A stretch of 64,000 nt of DNA, from positions 1 through 64,000 of IMG/VR virus record IMGVR_UViG_3300035703_000034, one strand, 5' to 3'. The stretch is from a virus. Below are positions 1 through 10,600 of this stretch, piece by piece. The first letter of the stretch is position 1, and each line of letters opens with the position of its first letter. A model generated the notes under the pieces. The model was given only the letters and a program-made list of their open reading frames with translations. It made no database searches and had not been told where the DNA came from. The position numbers and the translations under genes are program-made.

Positions 1-1248
1 CTGGACGACGTGGTGATCGTGAACAAGGAGACGGGCTCCGCGACCACCGTGACCCTGCCGGCGTCTCCCACCGTTGGCGAGGTCGTCACGGTGAAAGACG
101 GCAAGGGTGACGCGGCGACCAACAACATCACCGTCGGCGGTAACGGCAAAGACATCGACGCAGCCGCCACCTACGTCATCAGCGTGAACTACGGGGCAAT
201 CACGCTGGTGTACAACGGCACGACGAGCCGTTGGGACTCGGCCAGCTTGTCACCTGTCACCAATGCGATGATCCCGGCCAACGCCGCCATCGACTGGGGC
301 AAGGTCAGCAAGACCGGGGCCGCTCTCAGTGACATCGACCCCGACCTGACCAATTTCCCGGCACAGTCCGGCAACGCCGGCAAGTACCTCACTACCAGCG
401 GCAGCGCGCTTTCGTGGGGTGCGATCAATATCCCCGCAACGACGATCGACGTCCTGATCGTGGCGGGCGGCGGGGGCGGCGCAAGCGGCGGAAACAATGG
501 CGGCGGGGGTGGAGGTGGGGGTGGAGGCGTCATCATCACCGAAATCCCCGTGGCGGCGAACGACACGTTTGCTGTGTCAATCGGCGGGGGCGGCGCAGCA
601 GAGACAAACGGAACGAATACAACATTCGGATCCTTTACGGCGGTCGGTGGAGGTCGCGCCACTTCTAGCGCACCCTATCAAGGACAAACAGGGGGAAGTG
701 GCGGCGGCGGAAAAGGCATGAACGCCTCTCCGTACATTTCACTCGGCGGAACCGGAACCCCAGGGCAAGGAACGGAAGGCGCTGTTGGTAGCCTCCTGCT
801 CTCAACACCTGCCGCTCCTGCGATTCAATTCGGAGGCGGGGGAGGCGGGGGCGCCGCAGCCGCAGGCAGCGGCACTGTGGGTGGGGCAGGTAAGCCATGT
901 AACTTCGGCGGCACGGTCACAGCGTATGGCGGTGGGGGAGGCGGCGGCAGCTTCAGTCCGCTTTCGCCGGGCTCCCCAGGTGGTGCCGGCGGCGGGGGTC
1001 GAGGCTCTGCCACGGGCTCACCCGGCGTAAGCGTCGCAGGCACGGTGAACACCGGAGGCGGCGGTGGTGGCGGGGGTGCCAGTGTTCCGGCCGGCACCAT
1101 AAGCTTAGGCAGCGCCGGGGGCTCTGGAATTGTGGTCGTTCGGTATCTGGGCAGCCAAAAGGCAACTGGCGGAACCATCACCAACTCGGGCGGATACACC
1201 ATTCACACCTTCACGAGTGGCACAGCTACCTTTACCTGGACGGGCTAG
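1..1248 (+). CDS. Glycine-rich tail fibre/virion protein, 5' end outside window
   Basis: Frame is open from base 1. 'DVLIVAGGGGG...SGIVVVRY...GYTIHTFTSG' is the glycine-rich domain typical of phage fibre tips. Confidence 0.75.
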   Translation: MDDVVIVNKETGSATTVTLPASPTVGEVVTVKDGKGDAATNNITVGGNGKDIDAAATYVISVNYGAITLVYNGTTSRWDSASLSPVTNAMIPANAAIDWGKVSKTGAALSDIDPDLTNFPAQSGNAGKYLTTSGSALSWGAINIPATTIDVLIVAGGGGGASGGNNGGGGGGGGGGVIITEIPVAANDTFAVSIGGGGAAETNGTNTTFGSFTAVGGGRATSSAPYQGQTGGSGGGGKGMNASPYISLGGTGTPGQGTEGAVGSLLLSTPAAPAIQFGGGGGGGAAAAGSGTVGGAGKPCNFGGTVTAYGGGGGGGSFSPLSPGSPGGAGGGGRGSATGSPGVSVAGTVNTGGGGGGGGASVPAGTISLGSAGGSGIVVVRYLGSQKATGGTITNSGGYTIHTFTSGTATFTWTG

Positions 1249-1252
1249 TCAG

Positions 1253-1519
1253 ATGGCACACTTTGCAGAGATTGACGAAAACAACACGGTCCTTCGGGTC
1301 GTTGTCGTCGGTTCCGAGGACATCCTCGATGCCGAAGGCAACGAAAGCGAGGCCTTGGGCATTGCGCGGTGCGCAAGCTTCTACAAGGGCGGCCGTTGGC
1401 TTCAATGCAGCTACAGCGCACGCATACGTGGCTGTTACCCCGGCCCCGGCTACATCTACGACGCCGAGGCAGACGTGTTCCTGCCGCCGCCGCCCGAGCC
1501 CGAAGAAGACCCGGTCTGA
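1253..1519 (+). CDS. Small phage protein (MAHFAEIDENN...), typical partner of Gly-rich fibre genes
   Basis: ATG at 1253 just after the upstream stop. 'WLQCSY...YPGPGYIYDAEADVF' pattern. Confidence 0.7.
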   Translation: MAHFAEIDENNTVLRVVVVGSEDILDAEGNESEALGIARCASFYKGGRWLQCSYSARIRGCYPGPGYIYDAEADVFLPPPPEPEEDPV

Positions 1520-1547
1520 CCCCGTTGGGTCCCTCCGCCACGATCGC

Positions 1548-1556
1548 CTGATAATT
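1548..1556 (+). promoter_or_regulatory. Putative phage promoter -10-like motif CTGATAATT
   Basis: Recurrent AT-rich intergenic motif, about 30 nt upstream of the 1588 start (GGAGG RBS). Confidence 0.6.
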
Positions 1557-1587
1557 CCTCCAGGCGCACGGGCGCCGGAGGAACCTT

Positions 1588-2106
1588 ATGTGGCCGGTTC
1601 AGCTCTTTCAGGTTGCGGACGTCTTCAAGCGCGCGAGCTCGCGCTTCTGGGACTGGCTCTCGGGCGGTCCCCGGCGTCCCATCCCCACGTTCGAGACGCC
1701 GCAGGCGGCCTGGGACTACCTGGCCGCCCGCTACACCTACACGGGTGATCCCCTCAACGGGGCGCTGGACTTCTACGTCCACCCGGAGAAGTTCCAGTGG
1801 GGCCTCGAGACCGGCGTCGCCCACAAGCTGTCCGTCGACTGCGACGACGTCGCGGCCTGGGCCTACGTCGCGCTGCGGCAGATGGGGGCCGACCCGCACC
1901 TCGCCGCCATCTACGACGAGGGGCTGCGCGGGGCGCACTGCATCTGTCTGTACGTCCACAAGGGGCGCGTCGGGGCCATCGACACGAACGGCCACGTGCT
2001 GCTGCCCAACCTCCGGGACGAGACGCTGATGCACCACTGGACCAACGTTTACCGCGACAGGGGCTACGTTTATCGAACGGTAGTCACCCTGTCTTTCCCG
2101 TTCTGA
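1588..2106 (+). CDS. Transglutaminase/papain-like cysteine peptidase-fold protein
   Basis: 'VDCDDVA' Cys motif followed by 'AHCIC' His and 'AIDTN' Asp, a plausible Cys-His-Asp triad. Confidence 0.55.
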   Translation: MWPVQLFQVADVFKRASSRFWDWLSGGPRRPIPTFETPQAAWDYLAARYTYTGDPLNGALDFYVHPEKFQWGLETGVAHKLSVDCDDVAAWAYVALRQMGADPHLAAIYDEGLRGAHCICLYVHKGRVGAIDTNGHVLLPNLRDETLMHHWTNVYRDRGYVYRTVVTLSFPF

Positions 2107-2133
2107 CGGCGTCGGGCGACGAGGAGCGAACCC

Positions 2134-2439
2134 ATGAGCGAAGACCTGTACCGCGTGCTGCAAGACCTGAAGTTGCACCTGGACGAGCTCGACAAACGGC
2201 AAGACCGCCACCACCGGGAGATCATGGCGGCGCTGCAGGGCGTGCACGACGGGAACGGCAAGTGGCACCCGGGCATCGCGCCGCGGCTCGACGAGCTCGA
2301 GCGTCGCGTGGCGGTGATCGAGGCGGGGGACGCCGGCGCCAAGCAGCGCTCGATGACGGTGGTCACGGGCATCACGCTCTCGACGGCCGGCGCCGTCATC
2401 GCCTTGATCGGCGACTACCTGAAGGGGCTGTGGAAATGA
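2134..2439 (+). CDS. Coiled-coil protein with C-terminal TM helix (holin/antiholin-like)
   Basis: Heptad N-terminus, hydrophobic C-terminal segment, stop overlaps the endolysin start (ATGA). Confidence 0.55.
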   Translation: MSEDLYRVLQDLKLHLDELDKRQDRHHREIMAALQGVHDGNGKWHPGIAPRLDELERRVAVIEAGDAGAKQRSMTVVTGITLSTAGAVIALIGDYLKGLWK

Positions 2440-3080
2440 GCCTCATCCGCACCGTCGACCTGTCCACCCGCCACGGCCGCATCAACGTGCCGGACTTCGG
2501 CGAGGTGATGCTCATCAAGGGCAACTCCCAGCGCGGCGAGCCGCTCGGCGACTACCGCGGCGTCTGCATGCACTGGACGGCAAGCGACCGCTTGACGGCG
2601 TTCGATGAATACCACCTCAACATCGCCGATAACGGGCGCACGGCGCTCATCATCAAGGCCCTGCCGCTCGCGGACAAGGGCCAGCACGTCTGGGGGCGGA
2701 ACACGGGCCTGGTGGGCGTGAGCTACTGCGCGATGCTCAACGCCACCTCGAACAACCTCGGCAAGTTCCAGCCCACGGCGCGCCAGCGCGAGGCGATGCA
2801 GGTGGTGGTCGCGGAGTTCTGCGCGTGGCGCAGGCTCGACCCGCACGACACCTTCACGCTGCCCAAGATGAAGCCCGCGGGCGCGCGGCTCGCACCGGCG
2901 GGCGGCAGCGTCGAGGTGCCGGTCGTGGCGGACCACGCCCTTTACGCCAAGCTGGACGGCTACCCGCGCGACCGCTGGGACACGGGGCCGTTCTACGCGG
3001 AGGATCGCGCCGCCATTTGCAAAGTCTACGACGAGCTCAAGGCTGGCAAGCGCCAGTTCCGCTTCGCGTCGCTGTTCTGA
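2436..3080 (+). CDS. Endolysin, N-acetylmuramoyl-L-alanine amidase (Amidase_2-like)
   Basis: Motifs 'MHWTA', 'YH', 'HVWGRNTGLVGVS', 'PTARQREAM', 'DHA...RWD'. Flanked by membrane-protein genes. Confidence 0.75.
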   Translation: MSLIRTVDLSTRHGRINVPDFGEVMLIKGNSQRGEPLGDYRGVCMHWTASDRLTAFDEYHLNIADNGRTALIIKALPLADKGQHVWGRNTGLVGVSYCAMLNATSNNLGKFQPTARQREAMQVVVAEFCAWRRLDPHDTFTLPKMKPAGARLAPAGGSVEVPVVADHALYAKLDGYPRDRWDTGPFYAEDRAAICKVYDELKAGKRQFRFASLF

Positions 3081-3090
3081 GGTGCCTGTC

Positions 3091-3405
3091 ATGTCCCTGA
3101 CCCAACAGCTGCTGCCCCTGGCCCCCGTGCTGCTCGGCCCCATCGCCGCGCTGCTGACGCAGGTCGTCAAGGACCACCCCAAGCTGCCCATCAACGCGGG
3201 CAACGTCGCGCTGCTGCGGCTGCTGCTCGCCTTGCTGGCGGTGGCGGGCGCGGTGCTGCTCGCCTGGCTCGAGGGCCGGCTCGGCACGCTCGACTTCAAG
3301 GCGCTGCTGCAGAACCTGCTCGACGCCTTCACCATCTACGTGACGGCCGTGACGGCCTACGAGCACAGCGCCCCCGCGCTGCCGCCCGCCGACCCGCAGC
3401 CCTGA
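3091..3405 (+). CDS. Putative holin
   Basis: About 104 aa with 2-3 hydrophobic helices, directly after the endolysin. GAGG RBS. Confidence 0.6.
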   Translation: MSLTQQLLPLAPVLLGPIAALLTQVVKDHPKLPINAGNVALLRLLLALLAVAGAVLLAWLEGRLGTLDFKALLQNLLDAFTIYVTAVTAYEHSAPALPPADPQP

Positions 3406-3422
3406 CGCCGGGCTGAGCCCCG

Positions 3423-6400
3423 ATGGCGGACGAGGAGTTCTCAGCGGCCAGCCAGCAGGTGCCGATGAGCTTTCAGGCCCTGACGGACGCCGCTTACCGA
3501 GCGGCAAACTCCTTGTCGGCCATCAGCACCAACGCGATCGGGCAGACGGCGCAGGCCCAGGGCTTCGCCAACGGCGTGCCGGCCACGCCGCCTGGCATGC
3601 CGCCGTTTGCCGCGTACGGGGCGTTCCAGGCCGCCATGTACGGCGCGCAGGCCTCGCCGTTCTCGCCGCAGGCCTCCATCGCGCGCGACATGTTCGCCTC
3701 CCAAATGGCCATGATGGGGCCGATGGGCATGGGGGCGGCCGGCGGCGCGGGCAACCTCGCCATGCCAGGCGGCATCGCGACGCCCTTCGGTGACCCGACC
3801 GTCAACCCGTTCCTGCGCGCGGGGGCGGCCAACTACCAGCTGCCGACGCCGCTGCTGGCGGGCGCCGGGGCTCCTGGCCAGCCGTTCGACCCCGTCCGCA
3901 GCCGCTTCTTGATGGGCACGGGCGAGGGCAGCCTGCTCAACTCGCTGTACCAGATGGGCATCCGGAGCGCGACGGGTGGCGTCGTGTCCGACAACCTGGA
4001 GGACCCCATCCGCCGGAAGATCGAGCGGATGCAGGAGTACACGGCCGACAACCTGTACCGCATCGGGATGGGCGGGGCCGGGCTCGCGGCGTCGTTCGGC
4101 GGCGCGGGTCTCGGCGCGATGGCCGGCGCCGGGCTTTCGACGGGGCTGCTGGGCGGTGCCGCAGCGCTGCCGCTCGGTTTGGCGGGCGGTCTGGTCGGCG
4201 GGTTGGTGGCCCCGATGGCGATCGACTACCTCGACCGCCGGGCGTCCGTTTATCGCACGGGTGCGCGCGAGATGCGCGACTACATGACGCCTTACGTCCG
4301 CGGCGATCGGCTCGGGGGCGGCCTCACGATGCGCGAGACGCAGAAGCTCACGCGCGACCTCGAGCACACCGTCGCCAAGGACCAGTTCTTCACGGCGGAA
4401 GATTATCGAACACTCATCGGCATGGCGGGCGAGACCGGCATGTTCCAGTTCGCAGGCGACAAGGAACAGGCCATGAAGTCGCTCGAGAACATGAGCAAGT
4501 CGGTCAAGACGCTCTTCGCGCTGGGCGTCTCCTCGCGCGACCAGCTGGGTCAGATCAGCATCGCGCTCAACCAGTTCGGCGTGTCGGCGGCGTCGAACCC
4601 GCAGCAGCTCGCCAACGTGTTCCAGACCTTCGCCGGCTACGCGCAGTCGGCGGGCATGTCCTTGCCGCAGCTGACGCAGGCCGCGGCCCCCGCCGCGCAG
4701 ATGTTCGCCGCCCAGGGCATCGGCCCGCTGGCCGGCGCCACCATCGCCGGGCAGAACCTGGGCCTTGCTGGCGCGTACTTCCGCAGCGGCGGCAGCGCGT
4801 TCGACAACGCCTACTTCGGTGGCTCGCAGGGCTTCGCGCAGTCGCTGACGAACGCGACGGGCAGCATGTTGCGCTCGCCGCTCGGTCAATTCATGACGGC
4901 GAGCGCCATGGCGCCCGGCTCCGGGGTGATGGGCAACATCCTGTCGGGCCGGGGCACCTCGGCGCTGGACTTCGTGAACAGCATGGGCGGCTACGCGATG
5001 GATCCGCTGGGGTACTTGGGGCAGCAGGCCCGCATGCCCGAGCTGACGCAGGGGCTCGGCGGCGTCATCCAGCCCGCGGTGATCGAGTCGGCGCTTGCGA
5101 CCTACCGCGAGATGTTCAAGGTCGAGGGCCCGATCGACGCGGACCACTTCCTGGGCTTCTTGATGCGCATGGGCGTGGCGGAGAACGAGGCGCTCGCGAT
5201 GGTCAAGGCCATCCAGAAGATGCCGCAGCTGGCCGCCGACATGCGGCGCTCGGCGCGCGACCAGAGCACGTTGGGGGCCATCGAGCGGCGGCGTCAGATG
5301 AGCGTGTCGCGCCGCGTCGAGAAGTTCATGGAGCGCAACCTCGACCCGATCGCCACGGGCCTGACGACGGGCGCGCGGGAGCTGTCGCTCGACGCGCTCG
5401 ACGGCACCGCCAACTTCCTTTCCAACGTCAGCCGCGCCACGGGCTTCGGCAATTTGCTGTCGGGCTCGTCGCAGCGCTACGTGGGCGGGCGCACCTACGA
5501 AGAGCTCATGACGGGCACGCAGCGTGCGGACGTGGGCGCGATGGGGTACCTGTTTGACGCCAACGAGACGCTGAAGCGCGAGCAGGAGACCTACGACTTC
5601 ACGCGGGCGTACAACCAGGGGCGTCAGCCCTACACGGAGTCGGCAGCGGCCGAGCAGCGCAAGCGGGAGGATCGCGAGCTCCGAGCGGCGATGCGTGACC
5701 CGGAGATGCGCGCGTCCGCTCGGCGCGTCCTGAACAACGCGGGGGCGACGCCGCAGGAGATCAGCGACCTCATCCGGCGCACGCAGCGCAGCGACGTCGG
5801 CGCCGTCGAGTTCGAGCAGGCCATGGACAGGTCGGACGCGCTGAGGCTGGTGTATAACGAGCTGCGACAGACCGCGGTGCCCGAGGCGTACGGGAGCGGC
5901 AACATGGCGCGCTACTCCGAGGGGGGCGCGAACGTCGGCGCGCGCGAGGCGATGCTGCGCGTGCAGGCGATGAACGCCCTTTCCGAGCACCAGACTCGCG
6001 ACAAGACGCTCATCCAGGCAGCCGTCCAGCTGGAGCAGGGCGGTGGCAACCGCGCTTTTTACGAGGATCTGGTCGGGCAGATGCGGTACCGCGAAGGCGG
6101 CGCCAAGCTTGAGCAGCGCCTCGGGAGCGCGGCCAACCGCGTCGACACGAAGCTTCCGGCGGACGCGCAGCGCCAGCAGTACATGGCAAACTTGGTCGGT
6201 GAGTTTTCGACGACGTTCGAAGGCAAAGACCTGAACGCGGTGCGGGCGGACCCCGCGCTGGCTTCGAAGCTCGCCGCGCTGCTGAAGGTGGGGAGCGACA
6301 ACCGGGTCGGCGGTAACGAGAACCTCACGGGGGGCTTCTTCGACATCGCCAACCAGAAAAGCGCGTTCAACGTGTTGGTCAGCGAGAACGTCGGAGAGTC

Positions 6401-7586
6401 GGGCGCCGCACGCGATGCCGAGGGCCAGGTCAGCGCGATGCGCGAGTCGCTCTCGCGCTACCAGCGCTCGTGGACCAACTGGTTCCCCAACGCGGCCATG
6501 GGACGGGTGCTCAACGTCGACAACCCGGACGTCGACAAGTTCGCGACGATCCTCAAGGACGTGACGTTCGGGCGCTTCGTCTCCGAAAAACTCAGTCAGG
6601 GTGGCACGCTGGAGGACGCCAAGAAGGCGTGGATGGCGCAGGGTGGCCGGGCAGAGTCCTTTGAGGGCCTGGTGCAGGACCTCGGCATCACGGCCAAGGA
6701 CAGTGTCTCGCAGGTGCGGGAGCGCATCTCGGCGCGCTTCGACCGGGGGCGCGGGCTGCTCAAGACCGACGCGCAGCGCAAGCAGGCCGACGACGCGTTC
6801 ATCTCGACGATGCGCAGCGGCAGCAACCTCGAAGATGCCCTGGCCCTGTTCAAGTACGACGTCAACCGGAGCGCGCGCGACGCCACTGCGCAGGTCGGGT
6901 TCACGCCGGAGCAAGAGGATCGCTTCCGGGGGGCGCTGCGCGAGAGCAACGTCAGCGCGGACGACATCGGTCGGATCGTACGCGAGCTGCCGGCGGGCAA
7001 CCTTTCAGGCATCACGCAGGCGATGGAGCGCAATCCGGCGCTCCGGCAGATGCTGGGTAGCTCGGACCAGCAACAGGCCTTCGAGCAGCTGGTGCGGCAG
7101 TCGCGCCTCACGCCCGGGCAGCGCGACACCGGCGCCGTCGCGCGTGCGCTCGGCACGATCACGGGCGGCACGTACGATGAGGACTTCGTCCGGAACAAGG
7201 CCGGTAACCTCGACGCCGTCGTGTCGGATCTCTTGATGCAGGCCCTGGGAGGCCCGGGCTCCGGCACGACCGGCGCCAACCGGTTCGCCAGCGCGGACGA
7301 GGAAGGGGCCGAGGTCGCGCAGGCAAGCGCCACCAAGGCGCAGCTCGATGTGGCCCGTCGCTACGACGACATCGCGAAACAGCTCAACTCCGAGCGCATC
7401 GAGAAGCAGCAAACTGCCATTAACAACATGGTCGCAGCGATCGGCGGCACGGACGGCGGCCTCATCAAGTCGCTGCAGAAGCTGACCGACACGGGCTTGC
7501 GCGTCACGGGCGAGGTCAACATCAAGATGAACGGCCAGGATGTCGGCGTGGCACCGCTCAAGCCCGAAAACCCTCCGACGCCGTAG
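3423..7586 (+). CDS. Tape-measure-like protein
   Basis: 1387 aa, Ala/Gly/Met-rich and helical, with a glycine-zipper hydrophobic stretch. Lies upstream of baseplate-like genes. Confidence 0.6.
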   Translation: MADEEFSAASQQVPMSFQALTDAAYRAANSLSAISTNAIGQTAQAQGFANGVPATPPGMPPFAAYGAFQAAMYGAQASPFSPQASIARDMFASQMAMMGPMGMGAAGGAGNLAMPGGIATPFGDPTVNPFLRAGAANYQLPTPLLAGAGAPGQPFDPVRSRFLMGTGEGSLLNSLYQMGIRSATGGVVSDNLEDPIRRKIERMQEYTADNLYRIGMGGAGLAASFGGAGLGAMAGAGLSTGLLGGAAALPLGLAGGLVGGLVAPMAIDYLDRRASVYRTGAREMRDYMTPYVRGDRLGGGLTMRETQKLTRDLEHTVAKDQFFTAEDYRTLIGMAGETGMFQFAGDKEQAMKSLENMSKSVKTLFALGVSSRDQLGQISIALNQFGVSAASNPQQLANVFQTFAGYAQSAGMSLPQLTQAAAPAAQMFAAQGIGPLAGATIAGQNLGLAGAYFRSGGSAFDNAYFGGSQGFAQSLTNATGSMLRSPLGQFMTASAMAPGSGVMGNILSGRGTSALDFVNSMGGYAMDPLGYLGQQARMPELTQGLGGVIQPAVIESALATYREMFKVEGPIDADHFLGFLMRMGVAENEALAMVKAIQKMPQLAADMRRSARDQSTLGAIERRRQMSVSRRVEKFMERNLDPIATGLTTGARELSLDALDGTANFLSNVSRATGFGNLLSGSSQRYVGGRTYEELMTGTQRADVGAMGYLFDANETLKREQETYDFTRAYNQGRQPYTESAAAEQRKREDRELRAAMRDPEMRASARRVLNNAGATPQEISDLIRRTQRSDVGAVEFEQAMDRSDALRLVYNELRQTAVPEAYGSGNMARYSEGGANVGAREAMLRVQAMNALSEHQTRDKTLIQAAVQLEQGGGNRAFYEDLVGQMRYREGGAKLEQRLGSAANRVDTKLPADAQRQQYMANLVGEFSTTFEGKDLNAVRADPALASKLAALLKVGSDNRVGGNENLTGGFFDIANQKSAFNVLVSENVGESGAARDAEGQVSAMRESLSRYQRSWTNWFPNAAMGRVLNVDNPDVDKFATILKDVTFGRFVSEKLSQGGTLEDAKKAWMAQGGRAESFEGLVQDLGITAKDSVSQVRERISARFDRGRGLLKTDAQRKQADDAFISTMRSGSNLEDALALFKYDVNRSARDATAQVGFTPEQEDRFRGALRESNVSADDIGRIVRELPAGNLSGITQAMERNPALRQMLGSSDQQQAFEQLVRQSRLTPGQRDTGAVARALGTITGGTYDEDFVRNKAGNLDAVVSDLLMQALGGPGSGTTGANRFASADEEGAEVAQASATKAQLDVARRYDDIAKQLNSERIEKQQTAINNMVAAIGGTDGGLIKSLQKLTDTGLRVTGEVNIKMNGQDVGVAPLKPENPPTP

Positions 7587-7591
7587 CCCAG

Positions 7592-7600
7592 CTGATAATT
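7592..7600 (+). promoter_or_regulatory. Putative phage promoter motif CTGATAATT
   Basis: Exact motif copy in the intergenic gap before 7617. Confidence 0.6.
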
Positions 7601-7616
7601 CCTTCAGCGAGCCCCT

Positions 7617-10600
7617 ATGCCAGACTTGACGCCCGAACAGCAGAACATCGAGGACGAGGTCGCGTCGTGGGCGCAGGCCGAGCCCCTGCGCGCGATCGCG
7701 AACTACGCCATCAAGGTGCTCGAGGCCCAGCACCGACGCAACGTGCAGGAGCTCCCGGCGGGCGCCGGCAGCAGCGTGCGCTTCCGCGCCATCCGCGGGC
7801 TGCAGCCCTTGGCCCCCTTCGCGGCCAGTCCGCTGCCGGCCGAGCTGCGAGCCTACATGCACGAGCCGGAGGTGGCGGCGGCCGCCACGGGCGCGGTGCT
7901 GCGCAGCAGCCCCAATTTGGCCGTCTACCACGGCGCCACACAGCGCGTGACGCTCACGCGCACGGGCACGCGCCTACAGGCGACGGGGCTGACCACGCCG
8001 CGCCCGCCCGCCAACCGGACGTGTTACCTGTCGCTGCGCAAGCGCCCCGACACGACGGGGCTGCGCGCGCTGCAGACGGTCCTGCAGGCCGAGGCCGCCC
8101 AGCTGACGGCCGCGGTGCTCGAGCCCACGGTCCTCACGGCCCGTCGCGCCGAGCGCCTCTGGAGCGGCGCGCCCGTCGAGTGGCCCGTCGTCAGCGGCAC
8201 GGAGGCGCGCGTGCTGCGCAACGCCACCCAGGCGCCGTACCTGACGCTCGTCGACCCGGACGTCGCCTTCACGGGCCTCGTGCAGGTCAACGACTGGGTG
8301 ACGCTCGTCGCGCGCACGCGCAGCCCCCAGACCGAGCCCGCCGCGGTGGCCGGCGTCTACAAGGTCCGCCAGGTCGGCCTGGAGTCCGTGGTGCTCGAGG
8401 GCGTGCGCTACACCCGCACGTCGGAGGGCGTCTTCGAGCCTTCCACCGACCCCGTGCCCGTCAGCGTCGACACCCGCGTCGACTGGGCCGTGACGCGCAG
8501 CCGCGCGGCGGGGTTCTACCTCCGCGATCCCCTGCAGACCTTCTCCCAGGTGCGCGCCAACGACTGGTTGCATCTGAGCGAGGGGACGTGGGCCGGCACC
8601 TACCAGGTCCGCGCGGTGCTCGCACCCGGCCTGCTCGAGCTGGGCGGCGTGCGCCACACGGGCAGCGGTGCGCCCTACGCCGCGCAGAGCGGGACGCCCG
8701 CCACGGGCGAGGAGCTCAAGCCGCTCTACCGCCTGACGCGCACCCAGTCCCCGAGCATGCAGACCTTCCAGCTGCGCGTGCCGGGGGCGGCGCTCGCCGC
8801 CGTGCGGGCCGACGACGTCGTCGAGCTGGCGGTCCGGTCCGGGCCCCTCGAGCCCACGACGCTGCCGACCGTGACGCCAGGTTACTTCCGCGTGCTGGCC
8901 GTGGCTGGCGATCGCTTGACGCTCGACAACCGCCGGCTGACGCGGGCCAGCAACCGCTTCACGTCGACGGACACGTACGTTTACCAGTCGTTTGTCGACT
9001 GGGCCGGGCTGACGGTCTGGCGCGAGGGCGCCACCTACCCGTATGCGGCCGCGGAGGCCGGCGAGGAGCTGCTGTTCGAAGTGCTGCCGCGGGAAGCGGA
9101 CGACGCCGCCGACATGTGGCGGCTGTCGCTGCAGCGCCCCTTGACCAGCTACGACGAGGACACGCTCACGCTGCGGGCGTCGACCGGCGCGCCGTTGCCG
9201 GACGACGCGTTCACGGATGCGGTGGACGCGCGCATGCTGGTGGCCTACGGGCCGTCCGTGGCGCTGGCGCACACGGCGGCGGCGCTGGCCGGCGTGCAGG
9301 GCGGCGACTTCGTCCACGTCACGCGGCGGGCGGGCGACCCGAGCGGGGGCGCGGTGCCCAACCGCATCAACCACGCCGTGCTGCGGGTGGCGCCGCGCGA
9401 GCCCGGGCTCGCGCACCTCGTCTTGCTGGAGCGCACGCTCTACAAGGGGCTCGACCTCGACGAGACGCCGACGCAGTACGCGCCGTACACGGCGGACACC
9501 GCGCTGCAGGACAACCGCTGGTGGACGGCCGTCGCTTACCGCGCCGTGCGCGTGCCGCCCGCTTCCGAGGCGACGTACGATCGCGTGGTGCTGGTGGGAC
9601 TCGGCGCCGGGGCGTACGAGGCCGTCGCGCCGGGCGACTGGTTCGTGCTGAACGCCACGTCGTCGGCCCAGAGCCGCACGGCGCTGAGCGCCGACCAGCG
9701 TCAGCTGCTCGGGCGGCAGTTCTGGCAGGTCCTCAGCAAGGCCCAGGTGGGCACGCAGCGCGTCGTGACGCTCCAGCCCACCAGCGCGTCGTACGTCTCA
9801 AGCGAGCGCGAGGCCCTGGCGACGCAGACGGCCGTCTCGCTGGCCGACCTGGCGGCGCCGACGCCCGTGATGGCACGGCGGGCGGGGGCTTTCAAGGTCT
9901 CGGTGTCGGCCCGCGGGCTGCGGCGCGCGCCCTTCACCACCTACGTCCAGCTCGCCAACCTCGTGGCCGTTCCCGCTCCCGGCGACCTCTTCCGGTTCAC
10001 GTACGGCACGACGCCCGCCGTGTTCGTCGCCATCAACACGGGTCAGGCGACGCCCGGCCGCGTGCGGCTCAACCCCGTGGCCGTCACCGCGCTGCCCGAC
10101 GACCGCTTCGCGATCGAGACGGCCAACCAGCTGACGCTGGACGTGCCGGACGCCGCCGTCGATAGGACGACCCTGCAGTGGCTGCGCGTCACGAACCAGC
10201 TGGTGCGGGTCCAGGCCTACCTGGAGGCGTACACACGCGTCTACCAGGCCCGCGGCGAGGCGGCGCGCCTCGCGGAGGCCCGCGGCGCCGTCGAGGCGCT
10301 GTTCTCGCCCAAGCTCGACGCCGCGACGCAGCTGACGCTGCTCGCCACGGCGCTGCGGCAGGTGCTGGAGCTCGCGCCGGACCTCGGCGTCACCTACGGC
10401 GGGTTCGCCGACGGACAGGCGACGCGCCTGCCCGGCACCGCCGTGACGGGGGCGACGCTGGCTGCGACGCTGCTCGATGCCAGCCAGGCCCGCAGCAACG
10501 CCGCCTGGCGCGACCATTCGACCGTGCAGGCCACCGTGGCGCTGCTGGCGGACGCCGACCTCTCGGCGTACCTGCAGCTGCGCACGCCGCAGGACCTGAA

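Noticed and set aside
3441-6914. Long antisense ORFs (also 22204-25797, 25742-28402, 30219-32261, 49644-51317, 59974-61890)
   Set aside because: These are shadow frames of high-GC genes. They give Arg/Gly/Val/Leu-rich translations with no motifs and lie opposite well-supported genes.
7667-10165. Long same-strand alternative-frame ORFs (also 14482-17448, 24267-25931, 59217-61478)
   Set aside because: Arg/Pro/Ala-rich products expected from GC3 bias, with no RBS or recognisable domain.
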